A stretch of DNA of 64,000 nucleotides from Rhizodiscina lignyota (taxonomy: Eukaryota), in assembly GCA_010015805.1 (NCBI GenBank), contig ML978121.1, forward strand, positions 2,356,001 through 2,420,000. Direction: 5' to 3'. Below the pieces are notes generated by a model. It was not told the origin of the DNA. It did no database searches and worked only from the letters and a program-made list of their open reading frames with translations. The translations under genes and the position numbers were made by a program. This document shows positions 11,377 to 21,954 of the stretch, one piece after another (positions within the stretch are counted from its first letter, which is position 1; each line of letters begins with the position of its first letter).

Positions 11377-13830
11377 ATGGGGCCGCCATCCAACTACATG
11401 CCACCGCAGTGCCAGTCGGACGACGAGGACAACAGCACACCGAGGCCTAACATGTCGACAAGGAGGAGGTCAATCTCCTCCTCGAGCTCTACCGGCACGC
11501 GGAAGGAGACCAAACCCCAGCCAAAGAGACAATCAGACAAGAACAGTGACTCTGGGTACTCGACAGGCGCGAAAGGGAATTCAGATACTGGAGGCACCAC
11601 CAAGCCTGCCGAGAAAGTAGACCCTCCTGAAGTGCCGCCAGTGAGTCCAATAAAGTCTCGGCCGGGTTTGGATAAGAGAATGTCGAGTTCTACCAGAAGC
11701 GAGACCAGCAGTGCGCGCAGTTCAAACAAGACAGCCAAGGCGCCCTCAAGAGCACCGTCTACTAAATCAAAGCCGACCGCGAGGCCTGACCGCAAGAGGG
11801 AAGAGCCATGTCCACCTGACTGTAAGAACTGCAGGAAGGAGCGAAGAGAGGAGCGGAGAGAGTCCCGCGCCTCGGAGGCTCCCCGCCCGGCGGTGTCCCA
11901 GTATTCATCTGTTCGAACTTCGCCCCCATCCTCACGATCTTCGCGCACTCCGTCACACAGCTCTCAGGAAATGCCACCACCTCAGTCCACTGTTCGACCT
12001 CGGCCACGAGCAGGCTCCACGACTCGCGCAGCGAGGCCATCCAGCTACCACGGCAGCATGGGATCAATGGAGTCATACTACGCACCTGCCTACTCCGCCT
12101 ACGAACGTGGCCCACCACCGGCCCGCTCCGCTTACATGGAGAAAGGAATGATGCCTCCTCCAGTTCGTCCTGGCCTCGCTGTGTTGCCGTCGCCAGCAAG
12201 CTATGCACCCTCGGCTTACCCTAATCAAGCGCTGGTACCGACTATGTACGGTCCTGAGCGAATGGGCATGGCTCTTCGCACGCAAACCGAAGTCTCCACG
12301 GCCTCAACATCCTCTGGGACGCACTATTCTGCTCGCCGTCCCGTCACGATCTATCAAGATCAACCAACTTCTTATGATCCGGCCACGATCTCACCTCCGG
12401 CGCCTCCATCGCCACCACCAGCACCAGTACCGGCGCCAGCACCATCTGCCTCTCCACTGCAAGCACGAAAGATTATCAGCGCAAGAAGACCTGCAGACCC
12501 TCCGTCGTATGATGATGCTGTGGACGACGACGAGGATGACGAATCTTCTGAGGAGGACTCGGAGCCGGAGTCAGAAGAATCAGAGTCTGGCTCGGGAGAC
12601 TCTGACTCTGAAGATGAGGTGCTCGTACCACAGTTCATGCCAATACGGAGAGTGGCTATTCGCGACGATCGCGACAATGCAACCAGCTATGGCAGATCTC
12701 CTGCCCGCGACAATGGCGACAGTCGCACTAGCTTCGGCAGGTCTCCTGTCCGTGACAATCGCGACAATCGCGACAATCGCACGAGTTACGCCAGATCTCC
12801 TGTTCGTGACAATCGCGATAACCGCGACGATAGCACTGGTTACGGCACTCGTGTTGCGGCGCGTGGTGGAGCATTTCCAGGAGGCTATACTAGCTACGAT
12901 ACCTTTGGCACGTCACCAGCTGTTGATTTCCCTGCTTATGACCCTTACTTCGACGACCAATATACAATGCCGCCACAACAAGACTACCGCCTCCCGGTCC
13001 GCTCAGCTGAAGATCAATACGCATTGCAACAACAACAGCCCCGTCCGGCAATCCGAGCAAATGACAACCAATACGCAATGCAACCACCAGAGTATCGCCC
13101 GTCAGTCCGCTCAAATACCACCAACAGCTCGTCCCAAAGCCGTCGACAATCCGTTGCATCCTCTGGCGCTGGTACTAGAGGGACGTCGCACTCTGCGTCA
13201 CACTCTGCATCTCACTCTGCGTCATATTCTGCGTCGTACTCTGCATCATCAGGCTCCGGTGGCAATGCTTCACAGCGACGCCGAAGCGTCTATGACCAGC
13301 AATTAAGCACATCGCCCCTCGACCAGACGGCCCAGCAAGCAGAGAGTTATATGAAGACCATGGACCGCCAAGCAACGCACACGCGCCAACAACAGCCAAA
13401 ATTGACGCAGGAATCGTTGCGTCAGGCTCAGGCTTCTCGCGCAATCGAAGCAAACCGATCGACCAAAAGAGGCAGTGTGGTCTCCTCTCACGCTAGCTCG
13501 TATCATGCTCGTACCGTCACCGCGGATGATGCGCAGACGGTGAAACTCTTGATCAACACGAAACAGGGTCTTGACATTGCCCTAGAAGGAGACACGGAAG
13601 GGCGACCAATCCAGTTTGTGCAGAGGCCTGGAGAAGAAATGGCACAACTCATCATTGGAACAGGCTCTGCTCCCAGGAGGGAGGAGACTGTCTACAATGA
13701 TGGCGCCAGTTCAAGAAGTGGTGGGCGCACCAACGGCGGGAGCCGAATCACCGCAAAGACAGCCGCAAACAGCAGAGCAGCGGTATCAGGGAAAAGGGAG
13801 AGGTCCAGAACGGTGGCTGAGTTGGGTTGA
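11377..13830 (+). CDS. Hypothetical intrinsically disordered Ser/Pro/Arg-rich protein (817 aa) with a short, possibly folded C-terminal segment
   Basis: Single 2.45-kb ORF; ATG in CACAATGG context; acidic tract; internal repeats (S[YF][GA]RSP[AV]RDN x3, S[HY]SA x5); C-terminal LLINTKQGLDIALEGDTEGRPIQFVQ segment. Confidence 0.85.
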   Translation: MGPPSNYMPPQCQSDDEDNSTPRPNMSTRRRSISSSSSTGTRKETKPQPKRQSDKNSDSGYSTGAKGNSDTGGTTKPAEKVDPPEVPPVSPIKSRPGLDKRMSSSTRSETSSARSSNKTAKAPSRAPSTKSKPTARPDRKREEPCPPDCKNCRKERREERRESRASEAPRPAVSQYSSVRTSPPSSRSSRTPSHSSQEMPPPQSTVRPRPRAGSTTRAARPSSYHGSMGSMESYYAPAYSAYERGPPPARSAYMEKGMMPPPVRPGLAVLPSPASYAPSAYPNQALVPTMYGPERMGMALRTQTEVSTASTSSGTHYSARRPVTIYQDQPTSYDPATISPPAPPSPPPAPVPAPAPSASPLQARKIISARRPADPPSYDDAVDDDEDDESSEEDSEPESEESESGSGDSDSEDEVLVPQFMPIRRVAIRDDRDNATSYGRSPARDNGDSRTSFGRSPVRDNRDNRDNRTSYARSPVRDNRDNRDDSTGYGTRVAARGGAFPGGYTSYDTFGTSPAVDFPAYDPYFDDQYTMPPQQDYRLPVRSAEDQYALQQQQPRPAIRANDNQYAMQPPEYRPSVRSNTTNSSSQSRRQSVASSGAGTRGTSHSASHSASHSASYSASYSASSGSGGNASQRRRSVYDQQLSTSPLDQTAQQAESYMKTMDRQATHTRQQQPKLTQESLRQAQASRAIEANRSTKRGSVVSSHASSYHARTVTADDAQTVKLLINTKQGLDIALEGDTEGRPIQFVQRPGEEMAQLIIGTGSAPRREETVYNDGASSRSGGRTNGGSRITAKTAANSRAAVSGKRERSRTVAELG

Positions 13831-15813
13831 ATCACATGAAGAGATGCATGATGAGAAGACGACGTTGATGAACTGATGATGAGGGATGACTGGTGGTTGT
13901 TCCCTTCTTCCCCTTTTCCTATTCCCCTTTCACCCTTGAGCACCGGTGGCCTTCTGAACTTTCACCTTTGATCATTACGTTCTGCGCGCACATGCTTTCT
14001 GGACTTAGCGTTGATTTGACACATTCTTCTTTGCTTCTGCCTGGCGCCTGCATTTGTTGTCTTCATCGGAGCGGGCATCCGACTTTTCTGTCTCTTCTGG
14101 TCTTCCGCGTCTCCTTTTGATACCCACAAAAGCCGTCGCTTTCGGGAGAGAAGGAAAAGTTGGACTTGGAAAAAAGGCGAAAGCTTGATTTGTTTTTTTG
14201 GGTACACGCATGCCTCGTGCCTGCATTTTGTTTGTACATTTCTGTTTCGGAACATTGTTATTACCCCTTTGCCACCACCACCCACCACCTCTTGCTTTAA
14301 TTGGATTGACCTAGTTTCCGGCGTTCTCAATGGAGCTCGCTCTCCTCCCTGCTAGACAGGAGGACGACCAGAGTCTTGCCGCGAGGCAATTGGGGCTACG
14401 GTCAGGGATTTCTTGTACACTTCACCTATGCCCGCGCACGAGTTTCTTTGTCTGACATCTGCACTGCATCTACATTGCATCCTTGATACCCTTCATGTAG
14501 TCGGCTGTACGGCCGGCCGTCGCTATCTCACCTGTGTGATGGCGCTTTTTGACTGCTTTTTGGCATATTCGCATCATCCTGCCCCCCTGTGCCTGTATTG
14601 CTATATCTGCTTTTCTGTTCTCACAAAACTGGACGGGCATCTGTATATCAGCAATTTAATCTGGCTTTTTTGGTTTACTGTCCTTACCCGCTTACTCTGG
14701 GAGGAGCACTGTTTGCGTAGCATACATAGCAATCATATGAGAGGACTCGAACCGATTCTTCGGTTCGATGTTCCGCTCTACTTTCGCGCAACATACTTCT
14801 CACATATGTCACTTGCTACATGTGCCTGTTGATTTACGCTGGGATCATGATCACGAAGCTCAACGCCGGGCCCGAACAGTTGTAAGGTGACCACATTCAT
14901 CACGGTATCTGCAGTTCCATTGCCGTTTCCATTGCTATCGCCTTCCATAATCATCATCATCGTTGCTATCGACACGTATGTAGTATCTTCTCTACTGTAC
15001 AATTTGAGACTAGTCCATCCAATTGACCATTGACCCAACCGAGGATCACGTCAACAGCAAGATTCCATCCCACATCTCACCTAGGGCATCAACTCGTCAC
15101 GCAAACCATCCTAATCATTCGAATCCTTCAGAACGCCTTTTTGCGTACCTGGTCCTAGTTCGTCACCATTCTTCCGCATTTGAACGGCGCATCTAGAGCT
15201 TGAATGCAGTCTCCCGTCTCACCTCAGCCCGGCGGGGCCCTCCTTTCGTGCTGCCATCAGCGATTCACGATTCAGGATCCCAAGAATATTGTCGCGATAA
15301 CCTTTTCGCAGAGATACGCTCCGGGAGGCAGCGGGTCGCTTCGAGTAGCAGGTGCTGATAGTGGAACAGGGCAACTGCCGCGGTGCGGTGACAGGCATTC
15401 CCCAGATTTGCGCCCCATCGTGCAGATTCGGAAAAGAGTCTTGTTTCGAAGTGCTGATTGTTAATACCCAAACGCCAAGGCCATGCTGCAGAACGATACG
15501 CTGCGAGGAAAGAAGGCCATTTCCAGACGGGAAGTGCGTGCATATTGCGCATGAAGTTGAAAAGAGCTGCGAGTCATTCTTCCCTGCATCCGGACACTTC
15601 TAGCCACAGCGATCGTCACGGCTCTCGCGGCCACTCCTCCCATCCACCTCCACCGCTTCTTCTTCACCACCAACTCCCCACAACTCTTCGCAGCAGAAAA
15701 CGTGCGAATTCCGCAACCCGCAAATCGTCGCCCTCATGGTCATCACCGCAACTCTTTCCCCACACTCTGCACATCAGGCACCACCCCCGCTTCACCCTCA
15801 CCGCCAATCCTGC

Positions 15814-17292
15814 CTACTCGCTATCACTCAAGCTATCCCGCCTCCTAACCGCCCCTCCCCCGCCCAACGCGCTCCTCCTGTACCCGCCCGTGGCCCGCCT
15901 CGCGCCCACCTGACTGACGCTCTCGTCGACGCCCACCTCGCTGGCGCCCTGGCGCAGGCCGGGGATGTGGTGACTGTACACCTTGGTGCCCGAGTCGCTG
16001 CTTCCCGCACCGCTCGCGCTGCCGCCGTCGGCGCGGCTCGAGTGGCGCGCCCGCTTGGTTGGCGAGCCGTTGCGGCTGTGCGCGTGTGAGTGCGATGGCG
16101 GCGTGGATGTCGAGTTGCGCGTGCGGCTGTCGCTGCGTCTGTCGCGGTAGCGCTGCGAGTGGGGAGTGGCGGCGCTGTGCGGTGTCTGCGGCGAGGACTG
16201 CGCGACGGGCCGGTAGGAGCTGTAGTAGTATGAGCCTTCTTGCGTGCCGATGCTTGGGCCGGTGTAGTGCGTCGAGGCGTCGTCGCCGACGGTGAACGAG
16301 TATGCTGCGCTGGGCTGCGAGCGCTTGGGTGTGGTAGGTACGGCTGCTGCTGCTGCTGCGGCGGCGGCAGCGAAGTCCCTTGTCTCGGTGGACGGCTCGG
16401 ACGAGCCTTTGCTTGACTTCTTGGGCTTGTCTTTTGGCTTGGACTTCTCTGCTTTGGCGGCTATCCTGGCTTCTTCCTTTTCGCGCTTCGCAGCTTCCTT
16501 GCGTGCTTTCTCGCGTGCGGCCTTCTCTGCCTTCTCGAGCTTCTTGCGGTCCTTTTCGTTGCCACGTCCTCCGCTGACGAGCGGGCGCTGCGACTGCGAG
16601 AGGTCGGACTGGTTGGAGTAGTCGAAGTGGCTGCCGTCATGCTGGCGGTTCAGTCCGCCCACCTTGGCTACCTTCTCGTGCCGGTAGTCTGTGAGGTCGC
16701 CGTCACGGCGACTGCTGCGATTGCTATGTGCTGGGCGGCCGGCGAGGTAGGTTGACTCTCCGTCACCTCCTCTCATGCCGCTATGCTGCTCCGGATCGTC
16801 ATAGGTTGAGTACGTATTGTCCGTGTAGCCCACGCTGCTACCGCCTACGCTCTTCTCTCCACTATGCTTGTTCTTCTTGTTGCGCGGCCATTTCTGTCCA
16901 TGCACCACACTACCACCGCCCAACCTCGTGCTCTTGGTTGCATTACTAAGTGTCTTTCCATCCGGACCCTTGCGTCGTAGAACCGTAGACTTGTAGTCGT
17001 CCCAGTCGCCTTCTTGGAATTTAAAGCCGCCGTTCTTCGCCCAGAAGAAGAACCAGATGGCCGCGAGGGCGGCGGCGGCGCCGATGATGGCGAAGAGAGC
17101 GAGGAAGAAGTCGTTGTTGAAATCCTTCGCGGGCTTGGAGCCGATGCCGAAGTTGGCATTGCTGTGAGAGGTTGCGGTGAGCGCGTCGGTCGTTTTGGAT
17201 GCGGATGAGGAGGTTGTTTCAGCGGGGAGGGGAGAGCGAGGGAGGAGGATGGATGTGAGAGTTTCGAGGGTGGATGTTGCAAGAGGTGCCAT
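15814..17292 (-). CDS. Conserved Pezizomycotina single-pass membrane protein of unknown function
   Basis: 492-aa ORF; one TM (FFLALFAIIGAAAALAAIWFFFW) followed by AKNGGFKFQEGDWDDYKSTVLRRKGPDGKTLSNATKST, a block recalled as conserved in filamentous ascomycetes; Lys/Glu coiled coil and poly-Ala. Confidence 0.85.
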   Translation of the reverse strand: MAPLATSTLETLTSILLPRSPLPAETTSSSASKTTDALTATSHSNANFGIGSKPAKDFNNDFFLALFAIIGAAAALAAIWFFFWAKNGGFKFQEGDWDDYKSTVLRRKGPDGKTLSNATKSTRLGGGSVVHGQKWPRNKKNKHSGEKSVGGSSVGYTDNTYSTYDDPEQHSGMRGGDGESTYLAGRPAHSNRSSRRDGDLTDYRHEKVAKVGGLNRQHDGSHFDYSNQSDLSQSQRPLVSGGRGNEKDRKKLEKAEKAAREKARKEAAKREKEEARIAAKAEKSKPKDKPKKSSKGSSEPSTETRDFAAAAAAAAAAVPTTPKRSQPSAAYSFTVGDDASTHYTGPSIGTQEGSYYYSSYRPVAQSSPQTPHSAATPHSQRYRDRRSDSRTRNSTSTPPSHSHAHSRNGSPTKRARHSSRADGGSASGAGSSDSGTKVYSHHIPGLRQGASEVGVDESVSQVGARRATGGYRRSALGGGGAVRRRDSLSDSE

Positions 17293-17801
17293 CGTCGATA
17301 ATCAGGGTGCTCCTCGACAAGTTGATGGTAAGTTTAATAGAGAGTCTGAGCTCTTGAGCACGAAGCTCAGCTCGTTGAAGGGGTTTCGGTCAGTGAGGGC
17401 GTCTCAATGAATACTTCCACCGACGAATTGTGAGTTAGTGAGGTAGTTGTGCAGTTCGACTTGGATAGTAGTGTGTAGTGCAGGATTGAAGATGCAGAAG
17501 AGCAGAAAGAATGTAACTTGGCCAGAAGAGGTTGGCGTTGACGGGTGGTGGGGGAGGTTGGGGGAGTGTGGCTGGAGAGAGTCGAGATGACGTGGGTTTG
17601 TTTACAAGGCTGTTGCCGAGCAACCGGCGCTAACTTCCGAGATGCGACGAGTCACGAACCTGGAAGGCCCAATTAAAGTCCAACGACACGCGTAAGTCGC
17701 GACACAACGTGAACTACTTCAGTCTACATAAGAACGTCAGTTCTTGATCAATCTGATCATGGCTTGAAAACTGTCGCTCTATGGACGACCGACGGGGACC
17801 G

Positions 17802-19054
17802 TCACCCATTCGCACCAGGATACTTCCATTGCTGATACGCAACCCAAGCCTGGAATATACCGACAGCAAGGCCGCATATACCCAAGATCACAGCGATAAT
17901 GACTCCTACCAAGGTTGCAAGCATCACATATCTGGCACCACTTCTCCGTTCAAGCTACTTCTCCAAGAGGCCACGGGGCTTTGGATTCTCAATCTCTTCA
18001 TACAAGTCCATGAGCCGCGAACCGAAGTGGTGGTACTGTGTCTCCATTTCATCCTCCGAGCGGTATTGTGCTGACTCGAAGCGGCGACAATCGGGATCGA
18101 AACCTTCTTCGGTAGTCAGAGCAAGAAGAAGTGATTGAGATTCCTGGTCAGCAGGAAACAATATCAGTTGCAGAGAGTCCAGAACTTCAAGGCCGAGTTG
18201 TCGCTGTACCCTTTTGCTGAAATAGACACATGTTGTTAAAATCAACCTCTGCTGTAAGCTAACAAGGATACTCACAGGTGCGTGGAGTCTGTAGGAGACG
18301 GCAGTTCCCTCACTTTTCGAGACGCCATCAGATGTTCCTTTATGAATGCGGTATGATGGTATATATGTAATATACCCTCACTTCGGTCCAATTTGAGGTG
18401 GCTCCGAAGATCGTGTGTCCCCTTAAATCGCAATCCAGCAAATTTCCTCAGTCTTTTGGCACTTAGTGCTTCTTTGACGTCCAGCGGCGTACCTGCAGGA
18501 GTGCATTTGGCCAGGCCAGGATGCCCTGTTTTAGGGAAGCTCTGTTCCATGAACTGCTTGAACGACATATCAGCTCGCCACGGCGTTGGTTGCGTTCCAA
18601 GCTCCACCAAGCCTGGGTCATGACTGCTGGTTGAACAGTTTGCCATAATCATGACTCTGACAGCAAGATTGAAAGCACGATGTTGATCCGCCATGGGGGG
18701 CATCGAAGCTTGACTATTCTCTCTTGCGGCGAAATAGCGGTCCATGAGTTGAGCCTTCGGAGCTAAAATGTCGCTCGTTATCGTCCGTATGATATCGCAG
18801 ACATCTTGGTGTGTTCTTAACGCAATTTTCTCGCCGCTGAGAAATTCTGGGATATAAGCGCTCGAGATTGTTTTGTAGTAGTCGAAAAACGATTCCAGTC
18901 TGGAAAATCTCTGTCCTGGACATTGCGTACTTTCACACTGCTGGTTAGCCTTGCAGGTGCGACACAACTGCCAATCCCACAGCACTGTGCAAAGTGAAAG
19001 AAGTTCGGACTTTGAGAGTTCTCCTAGGGTAATAGGTATTGCAAATTTATCCAT
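17802..19054 (-). CDS. Hypothetical protein with C-terminal TM anchor; 2 exons (19054-18276, 18216-17802); in-frame TAG at 17957-17955 (recoded gene or pseudogene)
   Basis: ATG 19054 (MDKFAIPITL); intron GTGAGT...TTTCAG 18275-18217 joins the ORFs in frame; after ...GLLEK-TAG the frame continues for 50 codons (LERRSGARYVMLATLVGVIIAVILGICGLAVGIFQAWVAYQQWKYPGANG) to TGA at 17804-17802. Confidence 0.8.
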
Positions 19055-19569
19055 TACGAAAACTGACCGAGCTTGATAGCTGTATGTCCTTTCTCCTCGT
19101 CCTTTAAATTCCTCTCTAAAATTTGTGCGCGGTCTCGAACACGTGCAGGAGTCGTGCAAGACTGAAGTTTACACAAAGCAAAAGGTAATTTAATAACGAG
19201 GCTGTCTGTCGATTATCAGGTACGATAAAGCGAACTTCTCCCCGGCAGCTGCCTGATTTTGGAGCCTGATTTTGGACACTTGTAGGTGGAGGCTGAGCAG
19301 ACAGTAGACTCCTCATGTCCCTACCAGGGACGACACGAAACGTCCTCGCTCCGCCTTCGCTTCATACGTGCAGCTGCACCGCATCAATATTCAACCAATG
19401 GGACATCAAGTGCATCGTGGCTGTGTTCAATGATGTATACGGAAAAAGATTGGGTTTTTGTTGAAAGAGGTCTCATTTCCCCGACTTTGGGTCTGGCTTG
19501 ACTCTTGAAGGCGCCTCGACTTCAGTTGCCATACTGTTTCAATTCCCGTCGCCTACGACCTCCCAGAGG

Positions 19570-21566
19570 ATGTCTTTAACAGCTACGACCCCATCAGATA
19601 CCCATACGAGGCCGCCACCGATAGCCTTAGACCCGCCAAAACCAGAACTCTACCCGATACGTGAAAGCCCTGAAGACATCACTCTGGCTATGGTAGCGTT
19701 TCCTCTACTCCTGGTGCTCAAATTAGCGAAAGTGATCACAATGTGACACAAGAACGAAGTCAAGTTGAGTCATCAACTCCAAGCCCAGGAAGCAGAGTAG
19801 CTCCCTTTCAATTTCCTGTGGGAATTTCCGAAGATCTTAAGCTGTTCGAGAAAGACCTCGATGAAGGAATTTGTGTTCGATTCCAGGATCTCTGTGACCG
19901 TCTCCAGGAACCGTTACTTAGCTACATACGAAAGTCAAAGTCCACCTCGAAGTACATTAAGCCAATTGCGTTGCGAATAGTCGTTTTCGGGACGACAAAG
20001 GAAGACGCCAAAGCGAGAATTGCCCTTCTGTGCCATCTAAAGGCATGCAAGCGCGCCAGGCAGTTCTTTGACAAGTCCTGGGTGAAAGAACTATGCCAAC
20101 CCACTGAAAGGTTTCTTCCATCCTTCGAAGTGGAGATTGTTGGCTGTCCTCCACAAGTGAAGATGGCTGATGGAGTCCTCCGGGTCCTCAGTGGTGTGGA
20201 GTTGAACGCCAACAATATCGCCTCAATGTGTGGGACCATCATAAAAATAGTTGCTGGCGAGTCGGAGAGGATTGCTACCCTTGGAGGATTGGTGAAGGTG
20301 CTTGACGATAGCGGATGGACTCTTTACGGAATGACAGCGGGCCATGTGGTTGACCAGCTTCTTGATAACGATATTGAAAGTTCAGAAGTGGACTTGAGCG
20401 ATATGACATCGTACTGTGGGGTCGACAGTTTGGGAACTTCAGAAGGGAACCTCACCGATAATGATGAAAGTGACATCTCATCATCTGATGAAGATGAAGA
20501 AAAGGTCGACCTGGTGTCCCTAATATCTTCCGGTTCCGGCCTTAATTCGTGTACCGATGTCAGCATCAACATGCCAGAGACGTGGGCTGCTCTAGGATGC
20601 ACAAAGGCTTTGAACTGGCATAAAGAGTCTGCTTTCAGCGGGAAATATTTTGACTGGTCACTGGTCGATATTGGGAACTCAGTGCCGATTAAGCCGAACC
20701 TTCTGCGTGACCTTGAGCGTACGGGAACGAAGATGGTAGAATTGCAAATGGGCTCCCACCTCAACGGCTCATTGAAGAAGCGCGACGTTATCGTGATGAG
20801 GGGCCTTCAAGGCTTGAAGCGAGGGTCCTTATCCAGCACTCCTGCTCGAGTACTATTGGCGCCTGGCGACGAGTTTGTGGAGGTTTGCCTGCTTTCACTG
20901 AGTGGAAATTCGAGTATGTATTCGATGCTTGGTTGACGCACATATGTTATTGACTTGGATTGTAGATGTGATTGAAGGAGACTCTGGCTCTTGGGTCGTC
21001 GATTCCACCTCCGGGGAAGTTTACGGACACGTAGTAGCCTCGGACTTATTCGGGGACGCCTACATCGTGCCACTCGACGCAACATTCAGAGACATGGCGG
21101 CTCGTCTTGATGTTGTTTCTGTAGTACTACCCACATCCGTCGATATCGTTCCTATTTCACTTCTAAGCCTGGCAGGTCAGGTATGCTCTCTACTTTTCTT
21201 CATGTCTTTCATAACAACTTTAACAAGTCAATGAGGGCTAATCATGCACTTATTACTTAGATTCCAGTAGAAAGCTCGCTGAGCAGGCTTGCCTTACGTA
21301 ATTCGGGAGCTGAACAGACGGAAATGGAGTACAAGGACTCTGGCTACTCATCATTAAGACCTAGTCCCGGTGGATCGCCGTCCGCCGTGGGCACCATAAA
21401 CCCGCCTGAAGAGTACACGGTGTATGAGGTTATAGATAATGGGGAGGAAAAGGAGAGTAATGATCAGAAAGGCAAGAATAATGGTACGGGGAAGGAGATG
21501 AGTGAAAAGGAAAAGGAAAAGGAAAGGAATGAAGAGCAGATGAAACTATTCTGGAATGAAAGATAA
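19570..21566 (+). CDS. Trypsin/chymotrypsin-fold (PA clan, peptidase S64-like) serine protease; exons about 19570-20913, 20966-21180, 21261-21566; 5' frame discontinuity near 19680
   Basis: Catalytic triad motifs YGMTAGHVV (His), FDWSLVDI (Asp) and EGDSGSWVV (Ser), plus ATLGGLV; canonical introns 20914-20965 and 21181-21260 keep frame; no signal peptide. Confidence 0.82.
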
Positions 21567-21954
21567 ATGAATAGGAAGGAGCATTTAAACCATCCTTGAA
21601 AGGATGGGAATAGTACCTAAAGTCGATGTGCGGTATAACGAGTGAATCGTTTGATGAATTAGCATGTATATAAGTGGTTACGACGAATGCAGTACACCCT
21701 TGCTATGCATCTGCGCCTGGGTCCTCCAACTGCATCCTTGTTTGCAGAAAACACCATTAAAGCAGCTGTAGACTCAGAAAGACCACCTGCTCAATCCCAA
21801 TTAGCATGAAAGTTCCAAAATTATGTATGCTCCAAGGTGGTATCTCGATCGTTCGCCCAGAAAAGAAATTCGGAAGATGGATGCATGTGCTTTTGTGCTG
21901 CCTCGCAGCAGACGACTCTTATTGTGAGATAGAAGGGTAACGAAGCTGCCCCAG

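Noticed and set aside
12203..13306. 367-aa alternative-frame ORF inside the 11377 gene
   Set aside because: Best explained as a shadow frame of a repetitive, low-complexity CDS.
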